From positions 32,001 to 96,000 of IMG/VR virus record IMGVR_UViG_3300044692_000034: a DNA stretch of 64,000 nt; one strand, 5' to 3'. The notes under the pieces were generated by a model. That model did not search any database and was not told where the DNA came from. It worked only from the letters and a program-made list of their open reading frames with translations. The position numbers and the translations under genes were made by a program. Positions 52,130 through 61,610 of the stretch are shown here, one piece after another; within the stretch, counting starts at the first letter, position 1, and each line of letters begins with the position of its first letter. The stretch comes from a virus.

Positions 52130-54952
52130 CTAACCGCAGCCGGTGTTGTGCGTGGGGTCCCTCTGGCACGTCCAGCACGTACCGGTACGCACCATGACTC
52201 CGCCGCAGTGGCACGGCTTGGTGCCGGTGGGTCGCAGCTCCACGACCTTGCCGCTGAGCGGTACGGCCGGAAACTTGCCGTTCTTGTGGACGATGTCGAC
52301 GAGCGGTTCGCCACCCACGAAGAACGCCGGCCCCGTCTTCTCTACCTCCTGCGCGTCAAGGCGCGCGGTCATCGTGGCCTTGACGTCGTCGGTGAGCACG
52401 CCGGCTTCCTCTGCGTCCGTGACGCTGCCGTAGCGCGCCATGAACCAGCGCCAGATGTAGTCCGGCACGCTCGATGCGTTCCAGATCTCCGGGTTGCTCG
52501 TCTCACCCCGGGGCTCGAACTCCTCGCCGATGAACTGGTGTGCGAACTGCTCGGCCGGGACGCCGTACTGGAGCCCGACGCTCACGGCCTTCGCCCAGCA
52601 GCCCAGCATGCCGCTGAGGAACGACCCCTCGTTCCCGAACCCGTTGACGAAGATCTCGCCGGGCGTGCCGTCCTCGTGGTGACCGACGGTCAGGTACCCC
52701 TTGTGGCCGCCGACCGTGAACTTGTGCGTCACGGACGTGCGGGTGTCGGGAAGCCGGCGCCGTTGCGGCAAGTACATCGCCACATCGGCCTCGGCAGCCG
52801 TCTCGGCAGGACTGTTCTTCTTGATGTGCGTGAGCGCTGCCGTGACCTTGCTGTTGTCACGGAAGACGCTGATGCACTTGGCGCCACCCTTCCATGCCCT
52901 CACGTAGCAGTCGAGCACGTCCTCGCGGGTCGCCACCTCGGCGAGATTGACTGTCTTGCTCGGCGCGCCGGAGAGGAACGGTTGGATCGCGCAGACCATG
53001 TCGATATGCCCGTGCGCGTGGATGTCGTTTGCGCAGTCGAAGACCCGCCGGTCGCTGTCGACGATGAGCGAGTGGAATCGGTCGAGGTCGTTGCTGATCA
53101 GCGCCTCGACTGCCTCTTCGATGACGTCCGGGAGGTACCCGAGCCGATCCATGGCACGCCCCACCGCACGATTGACGATGATGACGCTGCCGCCGCCCGC
53201 GAGGCCCTTGTGCTTGATGAGCGAGAAGTCAGGCTCGCAGCCGGTGGTGTCGCAATCCATCAGGTGCGACACCGTGCCGGTCGGGGCGATGACGGTCACC
53301 TGCGAGTTGCGGTAGCCGCCCACGTCACCGAACTCCACCGCGTCGGACCAGTCGTCGACGGCAGCGGCCCACAGCGGCGTCGGCATCTCGGCGCGTGACA
53401 GCGCACTGTTGTGCTTCGAGATGACGGCGCGGTGCGTCGCCTTGTTCTCCTCGTAACGGTCGTACGCGCCGAGGGATTGAGCGAGCACAGCGCTGCGCCG
53501 GTACGAGCGGCCGGTGAGCAGAGCCGTGACGCTCGCGGCCATGTCCCGACCCTCAGGCGAGTCGTACGCGAGGCCCTGGCACATGAGCAGCGCGCCGAGA
53601 TTGCTGTAGCCGAGGCCGAGCTGCCGCAGCTCACGCGTGTTCTTGTCGATCTGTGGGGTGGGGCCTTCGGAGTATTCGCAGCAGATGTCCATCGCCGTGA
53701 TCAGGATGTCGATCGTGTGCCGGTATCCGTCGACGTCGAAAGACCCGTCGCTGTTCAGGAACTTGAGCAGATTGATCGATGCGAGATTGCAGGCAGAGTC
53801 CTCGTTGAGCCACGTCTCGGCGCACGGGTTGCACGTCGTGATGGGGCTGTACTTGCCGTGTAGGTACGGTGTCGTGTGCCACTCGTTCGCACGGTCAAGG
53901 AACACGAGCCCGGGGTCGCCGCAGACCCACGCGGCGTCCACAGCCGTCCTGAGCAGGTCACCGGCGTTGACGGTCTGCACCGTGTCGCCCGTGACGCGCG
54001 CCGTGAGCGACCACTGGTCCGTCGTGCTCATCCCCGTGGCACGCCGCATGAACTCATCCGATGCTCCGACTGAGAGGTTCGCGTTCTGAAAGCTCGTAAC
54101 CTCCGCGATCGTCTTTTCGCCCTCGGGGGTGAACGGATCGATGTTGTGGCCGGCGTCCCTGAGCGTGCGCATGCGGCCGTCTTCGCGGCGCTTGCACTCG
54201 ATGAAGTCGAAGATATTCGGATGGTCGGCGTCTTCGATGACCATCTTCGCTGCTCGGCGGTGCGCGCCGCCGGACTTGAGCGTGCCGGCATTGGCGTCCC
54301 CGAGGCGCATGTACGACGTCGGGCCGCTCGCGTAGCCGCCCGTGCTCAGCGTCTCCATGTCACCACGCAGTGCACTGATGTTGACGCCCGAACCGGCGCC
54401 GGACTTGAAGATCGCAGCCTCGGTGTTGACCCAATCCATGATAGAATGCTGGCCCTTGCCGCCCATCTTCTCGCCGAGCATCGTGTCCTCGATGCGAAGG
54501 AGGTAGCACGCGCTCGCGCACTGCCGGCGCCCCGGCACGCCCAGGTTGAGCCACACCGGCGTGTTGAACGCAGCCATCTGGTGGAGCAGGATGTAGCTCA
54601 GCTCGTCGAAGAACGTCAGGGCCGCCGACGCGTTACGCCACGCACCGTCGCCCGTCGGGTCGCCGAAGTACCCGGCGTTGTAGCCCCAGATGGTGATCTG
54701 CTCCACTACGCGCCGGACCATCGACCGGACGCTGTTCTCCTTCGCGCCGTTGACAGTTGCGAAGTACAGCTTGGCGGAGACGCCGACCGCTTTGGGGCTC
54801 CAATCGGCGGGGTACTCGACGTCCTTCTGCGAGAAGTCGCCTAGCTCGGCGTCGCCACGAGCCCAGGAGATGTCGTTGTAGGGGTTGCTGCCCTTCTTGG
54901 TGAAGCGCCGCCCAATCGGCACTTTCTTCTTCGGTGTGTCTAGAGCTGTCAT
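52130..54952 (-). CDS. nrdJ: class II (B12-dependent) ribonucleotide reductase with C-terminal TSCPD domain
   Basis: FNTPVWLN, ASACY, FKSGAGSG, TCNPCAE, ACNLASINL, IAPTGTVS, SKTVN, RRRLPDTR..THKF.VGG. Confidence 0.93.
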   Translation of the reverse strand: MTALDTPKKKVPIGRRFTKKGSNPYNDISWARGDAELGDFSQKDVEYPADWSPKAVGVSAKLYFATVNGAKENSVRSMVRRVVEQITIWGYNAGYFGDPTGDGAWRNASAALTFFDELSYILLHQMAAFNTPVWLNLGVPGRRQCASACYLLRIEDTMLGEKMGGKGQHSIMDWVNTEAAIFKSGAGSGVNISALRGDMETLSTGGYASGPTSYMRLGDANAGTLKSGGAHRRAAKMVIEDADHPNIFDFIECKRREDGRMRTLRDAGHNIDPFTPEGEKTIAEVTSFQNANLSVGASDEFMRRATGMSTTDQWSLTARVTGDTVQTVNAGDLLRTAVDAAWVCGDPGLVFLDRANEWHTTPYLHGKYSPITTCNPCAETWLNEDSACNLASINLLKFLNSDGSFDVDGYRHTIDILITAMDICCEYSEGPTPQIDKNTRELRQLGLGYSNLGALLMCQGLAYDSPEGRDMAASVTALLTGRSYRRSAVLAQSLGAYDRYEENKATHRAVISKHNSALSRAEMPTPLWAAAVDDWSDAVEFGDVGGYRNSQVTVIAPTGTVSHLMDCDTTGCEPDFSLIKHKGLAGGGSVIIVNRAVGRAMDRLGYLPDVIEEAVEALISNDLDRFHSLIVDSDRRVFDCANDIHAHGHIDMVCAIQPFLSGAPSKTVNLAEVATREDVLDCYVRAWKGGAKCISVFRDNSKVTAALTHIKKNSPAETAAEADVAMYLPQRRRLPDTRTSVTHKFTVGGHKGYLTVGHHEDGTPGEIFVNGFGNEGSFLSGMLGCWAKAVSVGLQYGVPAEQFAHQFIGEEFEPRGETSNPEIWNASSVPDYIWRWFMARYGSVTDAEEAGVLTDDVKATMTARLDAQEVEKTGPAFFVGGEPLVDIVHKNGKFPAVPLSGKVVELRPTGTKPCHCGGVMVRTGTCWTCQRDPTHNTGCG

Positions 54953-54953
54953 C

Positions 54954-55589
54954 CTAGTCGAATAGTTTCGTGGTTTCCAGGTCGCCGCGCTTCTTGAGGA
55001 GCCTGTACCCCTCGTTAGCCCATTGCTCGAACCTGTCGGCAATGTCGCAGATCATTGTGATGCCGTCCTTGCGCTCTGCGTTCGTGCCTTCCGCCTTGCG
55101 CGTCCCGAACTCGCCTCTGTAGGGATACGCACCGATGTACGCGATCGCCCACTTGATTTCTTCGGGCTTGTACTTCTTGAGCCACTTCTCAACCGCGTCG
55201 AAGCGGTCGTCGGTTAGCTTGCTGTTCGGATGCCCGGTCTGCTCTTTCCAGTAGTTGAAGATGTCCTGAACGATTGGCCGCTTCGGGCTCTTTGCTCTCG
55301 CGTTGTCACGCTCATTCTCCAGCCGCGTGACCTTTGACCTATAGCTGCGTAGCTCCCTCTCCGCTTCGGCGAGTTGCTGCAACGCTCGTTCTGCTTCCGT
55401 CTTGTAGTGCTGGCAGTCTTCGCACAGTAGCTCACCGGTGGTGCCATCGACGAGCCGTAGCTGAGGTCGCGGGGCCTGCGGATCTGCGACCTGGCTCGGG
55501 TGGTACGAGTGGTGGTAGTCAGGCGCAATCGAGTCCGGCAGCAGGTCGTCCGGGTGCACTCCTCCTAGCTCATCGATGGCTCGTGCCAT
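54954..55589 (-). CDS. phage replication-initiator-like protein (coiled coil + conserved C-terminal helical domain)
   Basis: DIFNYWKEQTG...LTDDRF...Y.PEEIKWAI pattern. Confidence 0.5.
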   Translation of the reverse strand: MARAIDELGGVHPDDLLPDSIAPDYHHSYHPSQVADPQAPRPQLRLVDGTTGELLCEDCQHYKTEAERALQQLAEAERELRSYRSKVTRLENERDNARAKSPKRPIVQDIFNYWKEQTGHPNSKLTDDRFDAVEKWLKKYKPEEIKWAIAYIGAYPYRGEFGTRKAEGTNAERKDGITMICDIADRFEQWANEGYRLLKKRGDLETTKLFD

Positions 55590-56221
55590 TACGACTCCTC
55601 GATCGCCGGCCGAGTACGAAGAGGCCTCTCGCGGTGCCGCATGACCTTGCCCTTGAGACCCTGCATGAACGCCTGGTTCCTGCACCCGTTGGGGCAATCG
55701 ATGTACAAGCCGCCGCCGGGCTCGGCGGGCTGCGCAGCAATCCTAATTTCACCGTACACAGGATCGTTTCTCGTGTACGCCGGGACTGCCTGTCTTGGTG
55801 CTCTTGTCCTCAGCCATGCCCCCTGCGCCCCGCAGAACATGCAGTCGCAGCTCACCATGACCATCCACGGCTCGTGAATCTCGTCGAGCAGCGCCAAGAC
55901 GTCCATGAGCTTCTTTGCGCGGCGTGCCGGCGGGGGCGGTGGTGCGACATCGATGCTGCGCGCGTGGCTCTCGCCCGGCCGCAGCAGGTCACGGTACGTC
56001 AATCCGAGAGGACGAAGGATGTCGTTGATCTTGCAGTCGTACACGAAACAGTGCACGCTCGCGTTCCCTTCGAGCCCTTCTTTGACGAGCAGGTTGTGAT
56101 CGTCTCCGTCGTGCGCCGGGCACTTCGCACGGAACTTGTGGATAGGGCCGCGCGGATCGAACCCATGCGCGTCAAGCGCCTCGTACACAGTGCGGCAAGG
56201 GTCCGCGCTCACCCTATCCAC
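55589..56221 (-). CDS. primase-type CHC2 zinc-finger protein
   Basis: AKCPAHDGDDHNL...VHCFVYDC. Confidence 0.7.
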   Translation of the reverse strand: MDRVSADPCRTVYEALDAHGFDPRGPIHKFRAKCPAHDGDDHNLLVKEGLEGNASVHCFVYDCKINDILRPLGLTYRDLLRPGESHARSIDVAPPPPPARRAKKLMDVLALLDEIHEPWMVMVSCDCMFCGAQGAWLRTRAPRQAVPAYTRNDPVYGEIRIAAQPAEPGGGLYIDCPNGCRNQAFMQGLKGKVMRHRERPLRTRPAIEES

Positions 56222-56694
56222 GCCCCAACGCGACGCTGACTCGGCCTCCAGTAGTACTCGTACTGGCACTGCTGGCACAGCGGCTCCCCGGTCTCAGGCA
56301 GCTTGACAACCGCCGGCCTGTCAGTGTGGACGTGGCACCACTCCCACCCCGGGTACGTCCCACGGAACGGAAGCCCGTCTGCTTCGGGGTCGACCATACC
56401 GCCGTCTTGCGTGACGTGCACCGCGATGGTCGGCACGGGCATATGGGTGCGGTCTGTCTGGAATGGGCCGCAATGCGGCCCCTCGCAGATCGTGTACTCG
56501 TGCTCGTAGTGGACGACCTTGGCGTACCCGCACACGGGGCACAGCCTCAGGATCCACATGAGTGGGCGGTCGCCTGGTGTCTCACGCAGGTTCGTTGAGT
56601 CGCAGCCGCCGCACTTCTCTGGCAGCGTGTCCATCGTGCCGGCTGTGTACGACCCGCAGTCGAGACACTGAACCTGTTTTTGCGGACGTATCAC
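56209..56694 (-). CDS. multi-zinc-finger hypothetical protein
   Basis: Multiple CxxC motifs. Confidence 0.55.
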   Translation of the reverse strand: MIRPQKQVQCLDCGSYTAGTMDTLPEKCGGCDSTNLRETPGDRPLMWILRLCPVCGYAKVVHYEHEYTICEGPHCGPFQTDRTHMPVPTIAVHVTQDGGMVDPEADGLPFRGTYPGWEWCHVHTDRPAVVKLPETGEPLCQQCQYEYYWRPSQRRVGAWIG

Positions 56695-56696
56695 AG

Positions 56697-57827
56697 CTAC
56701 GCCTCAACTTCGGGGTTGCCGCACGCCTCGGACGCCTTCTTCGGGTCGCCCTTGGCGAACACGAGCACGTGCTGATGGCAGCGCTCAAGCTTGCGGCTCG
56801 CGTTCACGTGCTTCGCGGCGCGGAGCATGGCCGTGCCCACGGAGCCCAGCAAGATGGCCTCGTTGTACAGGTGCATGCCGCAATCCTGCGCCGCCTGAAT
56901 CGCGTCCTTCATCACGCCGTACGCGAAGCCTGTCTTCTTGTTGCGGACCTCGCCGAGCACCCACACACTGAACGCGTCCTTGACGAGCAGGTCAGTTGAC
57001 TGAGCCATCGCGGAGCGCAGCATTGCCCTGAACGTCGAGTACGGTGCCGTCGACAGGTCGCGCGGGTCGTCGCTGTACACCTCCAGGTCGGCGTATGGCG
57101 GGCACGTCATGACCAGGTTGGCTTTGTCGAGTCCCATCGACCGCAGGCTGGTAGCGTCGCCCTCGTGCCACGTAGGCGCCGCAGGCGTACGCCCGAAATC
57201 AAATGCTCCGCTGAGGATTTCCTCAGCCTGCTTGCGATTATCCTCGACCTGTTCTGGCCGTAGCTCGACGCCGGTGTACTCGCGGCCGAGCGCGCCGGAG
57301 ACGACACCGCGCACAGCACCACCCGCGAACGGGTCTAGGACCTTGAGCCCTGGCGCACTGAACCAGCGGACGATGATCTCGCACAGCAGCGGATCGAAGA
57401 CGCTCGTGCCGGTCTTGAGTGACCCACTTGCGCCTTCCATCTCCTTCTCGCGGTCGTAGTACTTGGTGCGGAACTCCTTGGTCGAGATCTCCCGGCCAAG
57501 CTCCGCCTCGACCTCCGCCTTACGCGTGTAGAACTTCGGGTCGCCGTTGACGCCGGAGTTCATCATGAGACCCTTGTCGCGGCCCAGCTCTGAGCGGAGC
57601 CCGATGCTCAACCACTGGTCGCGACGTTCCTTCCAGTACCCGGCGCGCGTGTCGAGCACAGTGAACGGCGGCACCACGAACTTGTCGGTCAGTTTAGGCG
57701 CGGCGCCCTTGATGGCAATGACCTCGCCGGCGAGGTTGCGTTGCTCACCGTGGTCAACCTCCATGTCGAATCCGAGCTGCGGTGTGAGCGCATCCTTCAA
57801 CGCAGCGTCTGCCTTCTTACCGGCCAA
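56697..57827 (-). CDS. amino (N6-A/N4-C) DNA methyltransferase, paralog 1
   Basis: TSVFDPLLCE, LDPFAGGAVRG, GVELRPEQ, TCPPYADLEVYSDDPRDLS, HQHVLVF.KGD. Confidence 0.88.
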   Translation of the reverse strand: MAGKKADAALKDALTPQLGFDMEVDHGEQRNLAGEVIAIKGAAPKLTDKFVVPPFTVLDTRAGYWKERRDQWLSIGLRSELGRDKGLMMNSGVNGDPKFYTRKAEVEAELGREISTKEFRTKYYDREKEMEGASGSLKTGTSVFDPLLCEIIVRWFSAPGLKVLDPFAGGAVRGVVSGALGREYTGVELRPEQVEDNRKQAEEILSGAFDFGRTPAAPTWHEGDATSLRSMGLDKANLVMTCPPYADLEVYSDDPRDLSTAPYSTFRAMLRSAMAQSTDLLVKDAFSVWVLGEVRNKKTGFAYGVMKDAIQAAQDCGMHLYNEAILLGSVGTAMLRAAKHVNASRKLERCHQHVLVFAKGDPKKASEACGNPEVEA

Positions 57828-58041
57828 GGCTCACCTCTCCCTTCCCTACCGTGAGGTGCCACCCGCCGCACGCATCGCAGCGATACGCACCCCCCGGTTC
57901 GACCTCTGCTGGCACAGCCGCCTGCGCGTTCTCCATGTGGATGCTCACGGCCCGGCGTAGAGCCCTGCCCTGCGTACTGAAGTAAGCTTTGCCGGTCGGG
58001 CACACCGGCGTCGTCTTGTGTGGCTGCCGCTTCAGGCTCAT
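57817..58041 (-). CDS. small zinc-finger protein
   Basis: CPTGK...AYRCDACGGWHLT. Confidence 0.65.
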   Translation of the reverse strand: MSLKRQPHKTTPVCPTGKAYFSTQGRALRRAVSIHMENAQAAVPAEVEPGGAYRCDACGGWHLTVGKGEVSLGR

Positions 58042-59516
58042 ACGTCAAGCTCCGCCATGCCGCACGCCTCAGCCGCCTTCTTCCAGTCGCCCTTCACGAA
58101 CACGAGAACGTGCTGGTGGCAGCGAGTGATCTTGCGGGTACGCATGCTGCCCGCAGACCGCAATGCCGCAGTGCCGATGGAGTTCACGAGGACCAGCTCG
58201 TTGTAGAGCGGCATGTCGCATTCGCGCGCCATGAGCTTCGTGTCAGTCACGAGGTCGTATGGCATGCCCGATTTGGCGTTGCGTGCCTCACCGATCACGA
58301 CCACGGCGAAGCGGTCCTTCTTCAGGCGCTCGGCTGCTGCTGCTAGAGCTTGCGAGAGGAGCGCACGGAACGTCGCATACGTCGCCGTCGAGAGATCGCG
58401 TGGATCGTCGGAGTAGACCTCCAGGTCCGCGTAGGGCGGGCACGTGAAGATGAGGTCAGCGCTTGTCGGAGCGTCGGCGATGTTGCGAAGCTGTGTGGCA
58501 TCTCCCTCGATCCACGTCGGCTTGATGAACTCGCGACCGATGTCAATGCGGTCGGCGGTGTTGACGGTCGTGCAACGCGCGTTGAGCCATTCGGCTTGGT
58601 CGCGGTTGTCGGTGACCTGCTCGGCGCGTAGCTCGATGCCGGTGTAGCGGCGGCCGAGCACGCCGGCCATGATCCCTCTCACGGCCCCGCCAGCGAAGGG
58701 GTCGAGCACGACGGCGCCGGGTGCACTGAACCAGCGGTACGCCACTTCGCAGAGCAAGGGGTCGAAGATGCTCGTGCCGGTCTGCTCGCCCGGTTCGTTG
58801 TAGATCGTCTCGGGCCGCATGCCGATCGTCTTCCACGCGCTGCGGCGTTCCTGCCAGTACGCCTGCCGCGTGTCCAGGATCGTGAGCGGCGGCACGACGA
58901 ACTTGTCGGACAGGCTCGGTGGCTTGGTGAGCACTGTCTCGACCTGTATGTTGAAGCCGAGCTGCGGGGCGAGAGACGCCGCGAGCGTCGCATCGGCGCC
59001 GGTGCCTTCTTGCTTCGGCTCGGCGCCCTCGCGGTTCTGCTCGAACTTCTCGCGTCCGGGCCATGCCAGCGCGTCGGTACGCAGAGAGCGGCGCCGTAGC
59101 GGCTCATGCCCGCCGTCCACAGCCCCGAACAGGTCGGCTGCCGGTTCCGGTTCCGGCTCGGGCTCGGGCTCCGGCTCCGGCGTGGACTCGGGAGCCGACT
59201 CCTCGACGACGACCAGTTCTTCCGGTGCCGGTGGCGCATCGGGCACAGCTACGCCGCACGTCCCGTCACAGTCTGTGAACCCGCATGCGCCGCACGCGGC
59301 GTCGACGAGCGTCTGGCCCCTCACGGGCACGGGCGCAAGCACAGGCTCATCCCACTCAGGTTCGTAATCGGTCTCCGGCTCCGGCTCGTCGAACAACGAC
59401 GGCCCCGCCGAGCTGACCTTGCCTAGAGCACGCGCGCGTTCGATAGCTGCACTAGCAGATGCCAGTGCCTCTGGAGACATGTTCTCCAGACCCCTCTTCG
59501 GTTCAGCGCGGGCCAT
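58038..59516 (-). CDS. amino DNA methyltransferase, paralog 2, with acidic Pro-rich N-terminal extension
   Basis: Same motifs as paralog 1 (DPFAGGAVRG, TCPPYADLEVYSDDPRDLS); PEPEPE tract. Confidence 0.88.
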   Translation of the reverse strand: MARAEPKRGLENMSPEALASASAAIERARALGKVSSAGPSLFDEPEPETDYEPEWDEPVLAPVPVRGQTLVDAACGACGFTDCDGTCGVAVPDAPPAPEELVVVEESAPESTPEPEPEPEPEPEPAADLFGAVDGGHEPLRRRSLRTDALAWPGREKFEQNREGAEPKQEGTGADATLAASLAPQLGFNIQVETVLTKPPSLSDKFVVPPLTILDTRQAYWQERRSAWKTIGMRPETIYNEPGEQTGTSIFDPLLCEVAYRWFSAPGAVVLDPFAGGAVRGIMAGVLGRRYTGIELRAEQVTDNRDQAEWLNARCTTVNTADRIDIGREFIKPTWIEGDATQLRNIADAPTSADLIFTCPPYADLEVYSDDPRDLSTATYATFRALLSQALAAAAERLKKDRFAVVVIGEARNAKSGMPYDLVTDTKLMARECDMPLYNELVLVNSIGTAALRSAGSMRTRKITRCHQHVLVFVKGDWKKAAEACGMAELDV

Positions 59517-59989
59517 CAGACAGCTAGTGAGTCCTGGCCTGCCACATCGCCCTTCTCGCGATGGTTGCTCGGGCGGCCCATCCACTGCCGGATGGTTCCG
59601 ATCTTCGGCCACCGGTGGTTGGCCAGAAGGAAGTCGTCGAGCTTCGCGAAGAACGCTTCGCGCTTCTCCGGGTCGGACGTGAGTTCCTTGTCCTGCGCCG
59701 GCTCGGTAAGCGCGTGCCACGGCGCGTCGAACTCCAGCGCCGCCTCAGTGAGCCCCGTCGACGACCAGAACGCGGCGACGGCCTCGGCCTCGGCCAGCCG
59801 TTGCAGGCGCGTCACCGACCCCTGCACCGGGATGTCGAACATCTCGGCCATCTGCTCACGCGTGTACGAGCTGCCAAGCCGGTAGACGGCGTCGACGATC
59901 AGCAGGAGCATGCGCGTTGGCACGGCGTCCGACTGCTTGATCAGTCCGAGCTGCTGAAAACTCGTGTACTTGCTTCTGTAGCGGCTCAT
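59516..59989 (-). CDS. hypothetical protein, possible HTH
   Basis: Coupled ORF; TREQMAEMFDIP. Confidence 0.55.
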   Translation of the reverse strand: MSRYRSKYTSFQQLGLIKQSDAVPTRMLLLIVDAVYRLGSSYTREQMAEMFDIPVQGSVTRLQRLAEAEAVAAFWSSTGLTEAALEFDAPWHALTEPAQDKELTSDPEKREAFFAKLDDFLLANHRWPKIGTIRQWMGRPSNHREKGDVAGQDSLAV

Positions 59990-60204
59990 TACTCCTCCTT
60001 CGGAGCGGTCGGCAACGCGCTCCGGATTCTGTCCAATTCCCTCATCTCGTTCCGGTAGCTCTCGTGGGCCGCCTCCCTGGCCCGCTTGATCTCCCGTATC
60101 GCCCTACGCCACGTCTTCTTGTCTTCTTTGCTCGCGCTGCTGTCAATGAGCCCAACGATCCAGTCCAACTCGTTAGGTGTCAGCTCTGCGCGCGCTACAG
60201 CCAT
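59989..60204 (-). CDS. hypothetical protein
   Basis: Coupled ORF. Confidence 0.55.
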   Translation of the reverse strand: MAVARAELTPNELDWIVGLIDSSASKEDKKTWRRAIREIKRAREAAHESYRNEMRELDRIRSALPTAPKEE

Positions 60205-60522
60205 CAGCAGTCCAACCGTTCGACGCCGACGGCAAAGATGGCTCGCTCGGCTTCGAGCGCCGCTGCGTCAGCGACAAACTCGGCCGAGCAGCCCGGGTTC
60301 TGAATGGCGTTGAGGGTCGCCATACGAACCCTCGAACGGATCTGGCCGACCGCATTGCTGCCCAGCGCGTAGCGCCGGGCCGGCTTCGCACCGGGTCCCA
60401 GGAGCGAAGCGCGAACGAGATCGGCCTGTGTCGTAGACGACACGGATCCGGACGTATGAGATTGAGAACCACCAGTAAGATCCGGCACAACGCCTCCCTC
60501 ATAGGCGTTCGTTAGGACGGTC

Positions 60523-60731
60523 GCTCAGTCGTATGGACCCCGGCTGAGCAGAGAGCACAGCGTATACCCGCCCGGCGCGAGCATGTTGGGGCGTCTCGCC
60601 GAAGTGTCTGGCGCGGCGCCCTAACTTGCCGCTCTACATGAGAGACCCGGCCGCATACCCGCCAAATGCAGGCGGTCTGCGGGTTTTGAGAGTGTCGTCA
60701 ACTACCCGTTTGGTAGCCGTGCTGACACTCT
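60523..60731 (+). other. intergenic array of four hairpins (structured RNA or ssDNA element)
   Basis: Stems 60523-60549, 60585-60625, 60642-60687 and 60689-60731; wobbles G-T on +. Confidence 0.4.
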
Positions 60732-60750
60732 TCCGGACCTCTCGGCCCGC

Positions 60751-61335
60751 TTAGTCCAACGGACCTTTACCGTTGCCCTCGGCGAGCACCTTTTCCATCT
60801 TGGCCCTCATGTTGTCGAGGAGCCGGCCGGCGCCGCTCGTGTTGCCCGCCGCAAGCATGCGGTCGAACTCGCGCATCACCGCGTCTTCGCCGGTGCCGAG
60901 GTACTCGACGAAGATCGGGGTCAGCTCGGCGCTGACCTTCCACTCCTCGATGTTGCGGGTGTCGTCGTCGCGCCACTCGCCGATCGGCGTCTTGATGTAG
61001 CGTGAGACCTGGCAGAGCGCCGACACCCGGACGCGGCTACGCGGGTCGATGAGGCCGCCACGCAACGGGACCTGAGCACCACGCATCGCAACACGCGTCG
61101 TGACCGTCTCGTTCGGGCCGACGAGGTTGTTGACGGTGATCTCCGGGTCGCCGTCGAGAACGCCGTTCTCGAAGAGCTGCTGCTGCGTCAGGTCCTGCTC
61201 GTGCGCGCCGTTGGCCGCAGCCGCCGCGCGCTCCGCAATCGTCAGCGGCTTGCCCTTCGGCTTCTCGTCCTCGCCGACCAGCTCACTGCGCGGCGTCTCC
61301 TTCTGCCCACTCTTGTTCGTTGTTTGGTCGCTCAT
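60751..61335 (-). CDS. hypothetical protein
   Basis: GGGAGG SD, natural composition. Confidence 0.65.
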   Translation of the reverse strand: MSDQTTNKSGQKETPRSELVGEDEKPKGKPLTIAERAAAAANGAHEQDLTQQQLFENGVLDGDPEITVNNLVGPNETVTTRVAMRGAQVPLRGGLIDPRSRVRVSALCQVSRYIKTPIGEWRDDDTRNIEEWKVSAELTPIFVEYLGTGEDAVMREFDRMLAAGNTSGAGRLLDNMRAKMEKVLAEGNGKGPLD

Positions 61336-61610
61336 CCGATCCTCCCGTCAACGCCGACACCACGATGTCGACCAGTTTCATGTAGTGCTTGCCTGACCGC
61401 TCAAACCGCACATCGAGAAACCCGGGGTTGTCGACTGCGATCCCGCTGCGCTTGATGTCATACTCGCACAGCGCCCTCGCGGCAGCCTCAAGGCGGTCCT
61501 TGGTGAGCGGCAGGGTACTGCCGCCTTCCTCTTGCTGCTGCCGGACCTGCTCTTCTTGCCGCTTCTCGTCCTCCCGCACGAAGTCTTCGAACAGGTTGCC
61601 CCAGCCTGTG

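Noticed and set aside
52130-54952. Intein or intron in nrdJ, terL or the helicase
   Set aside because: Lengths are normal, frames are uninterrupted, and no intein splice-junction or LAGLIDADG motifs were seen.
59140-59200. Short tandem repeats (GGCTCG/GGCTCC; also 6660-6750)
   Set aside because: They encode Pro-Glu or Pro-Asp linkers inside proteins.
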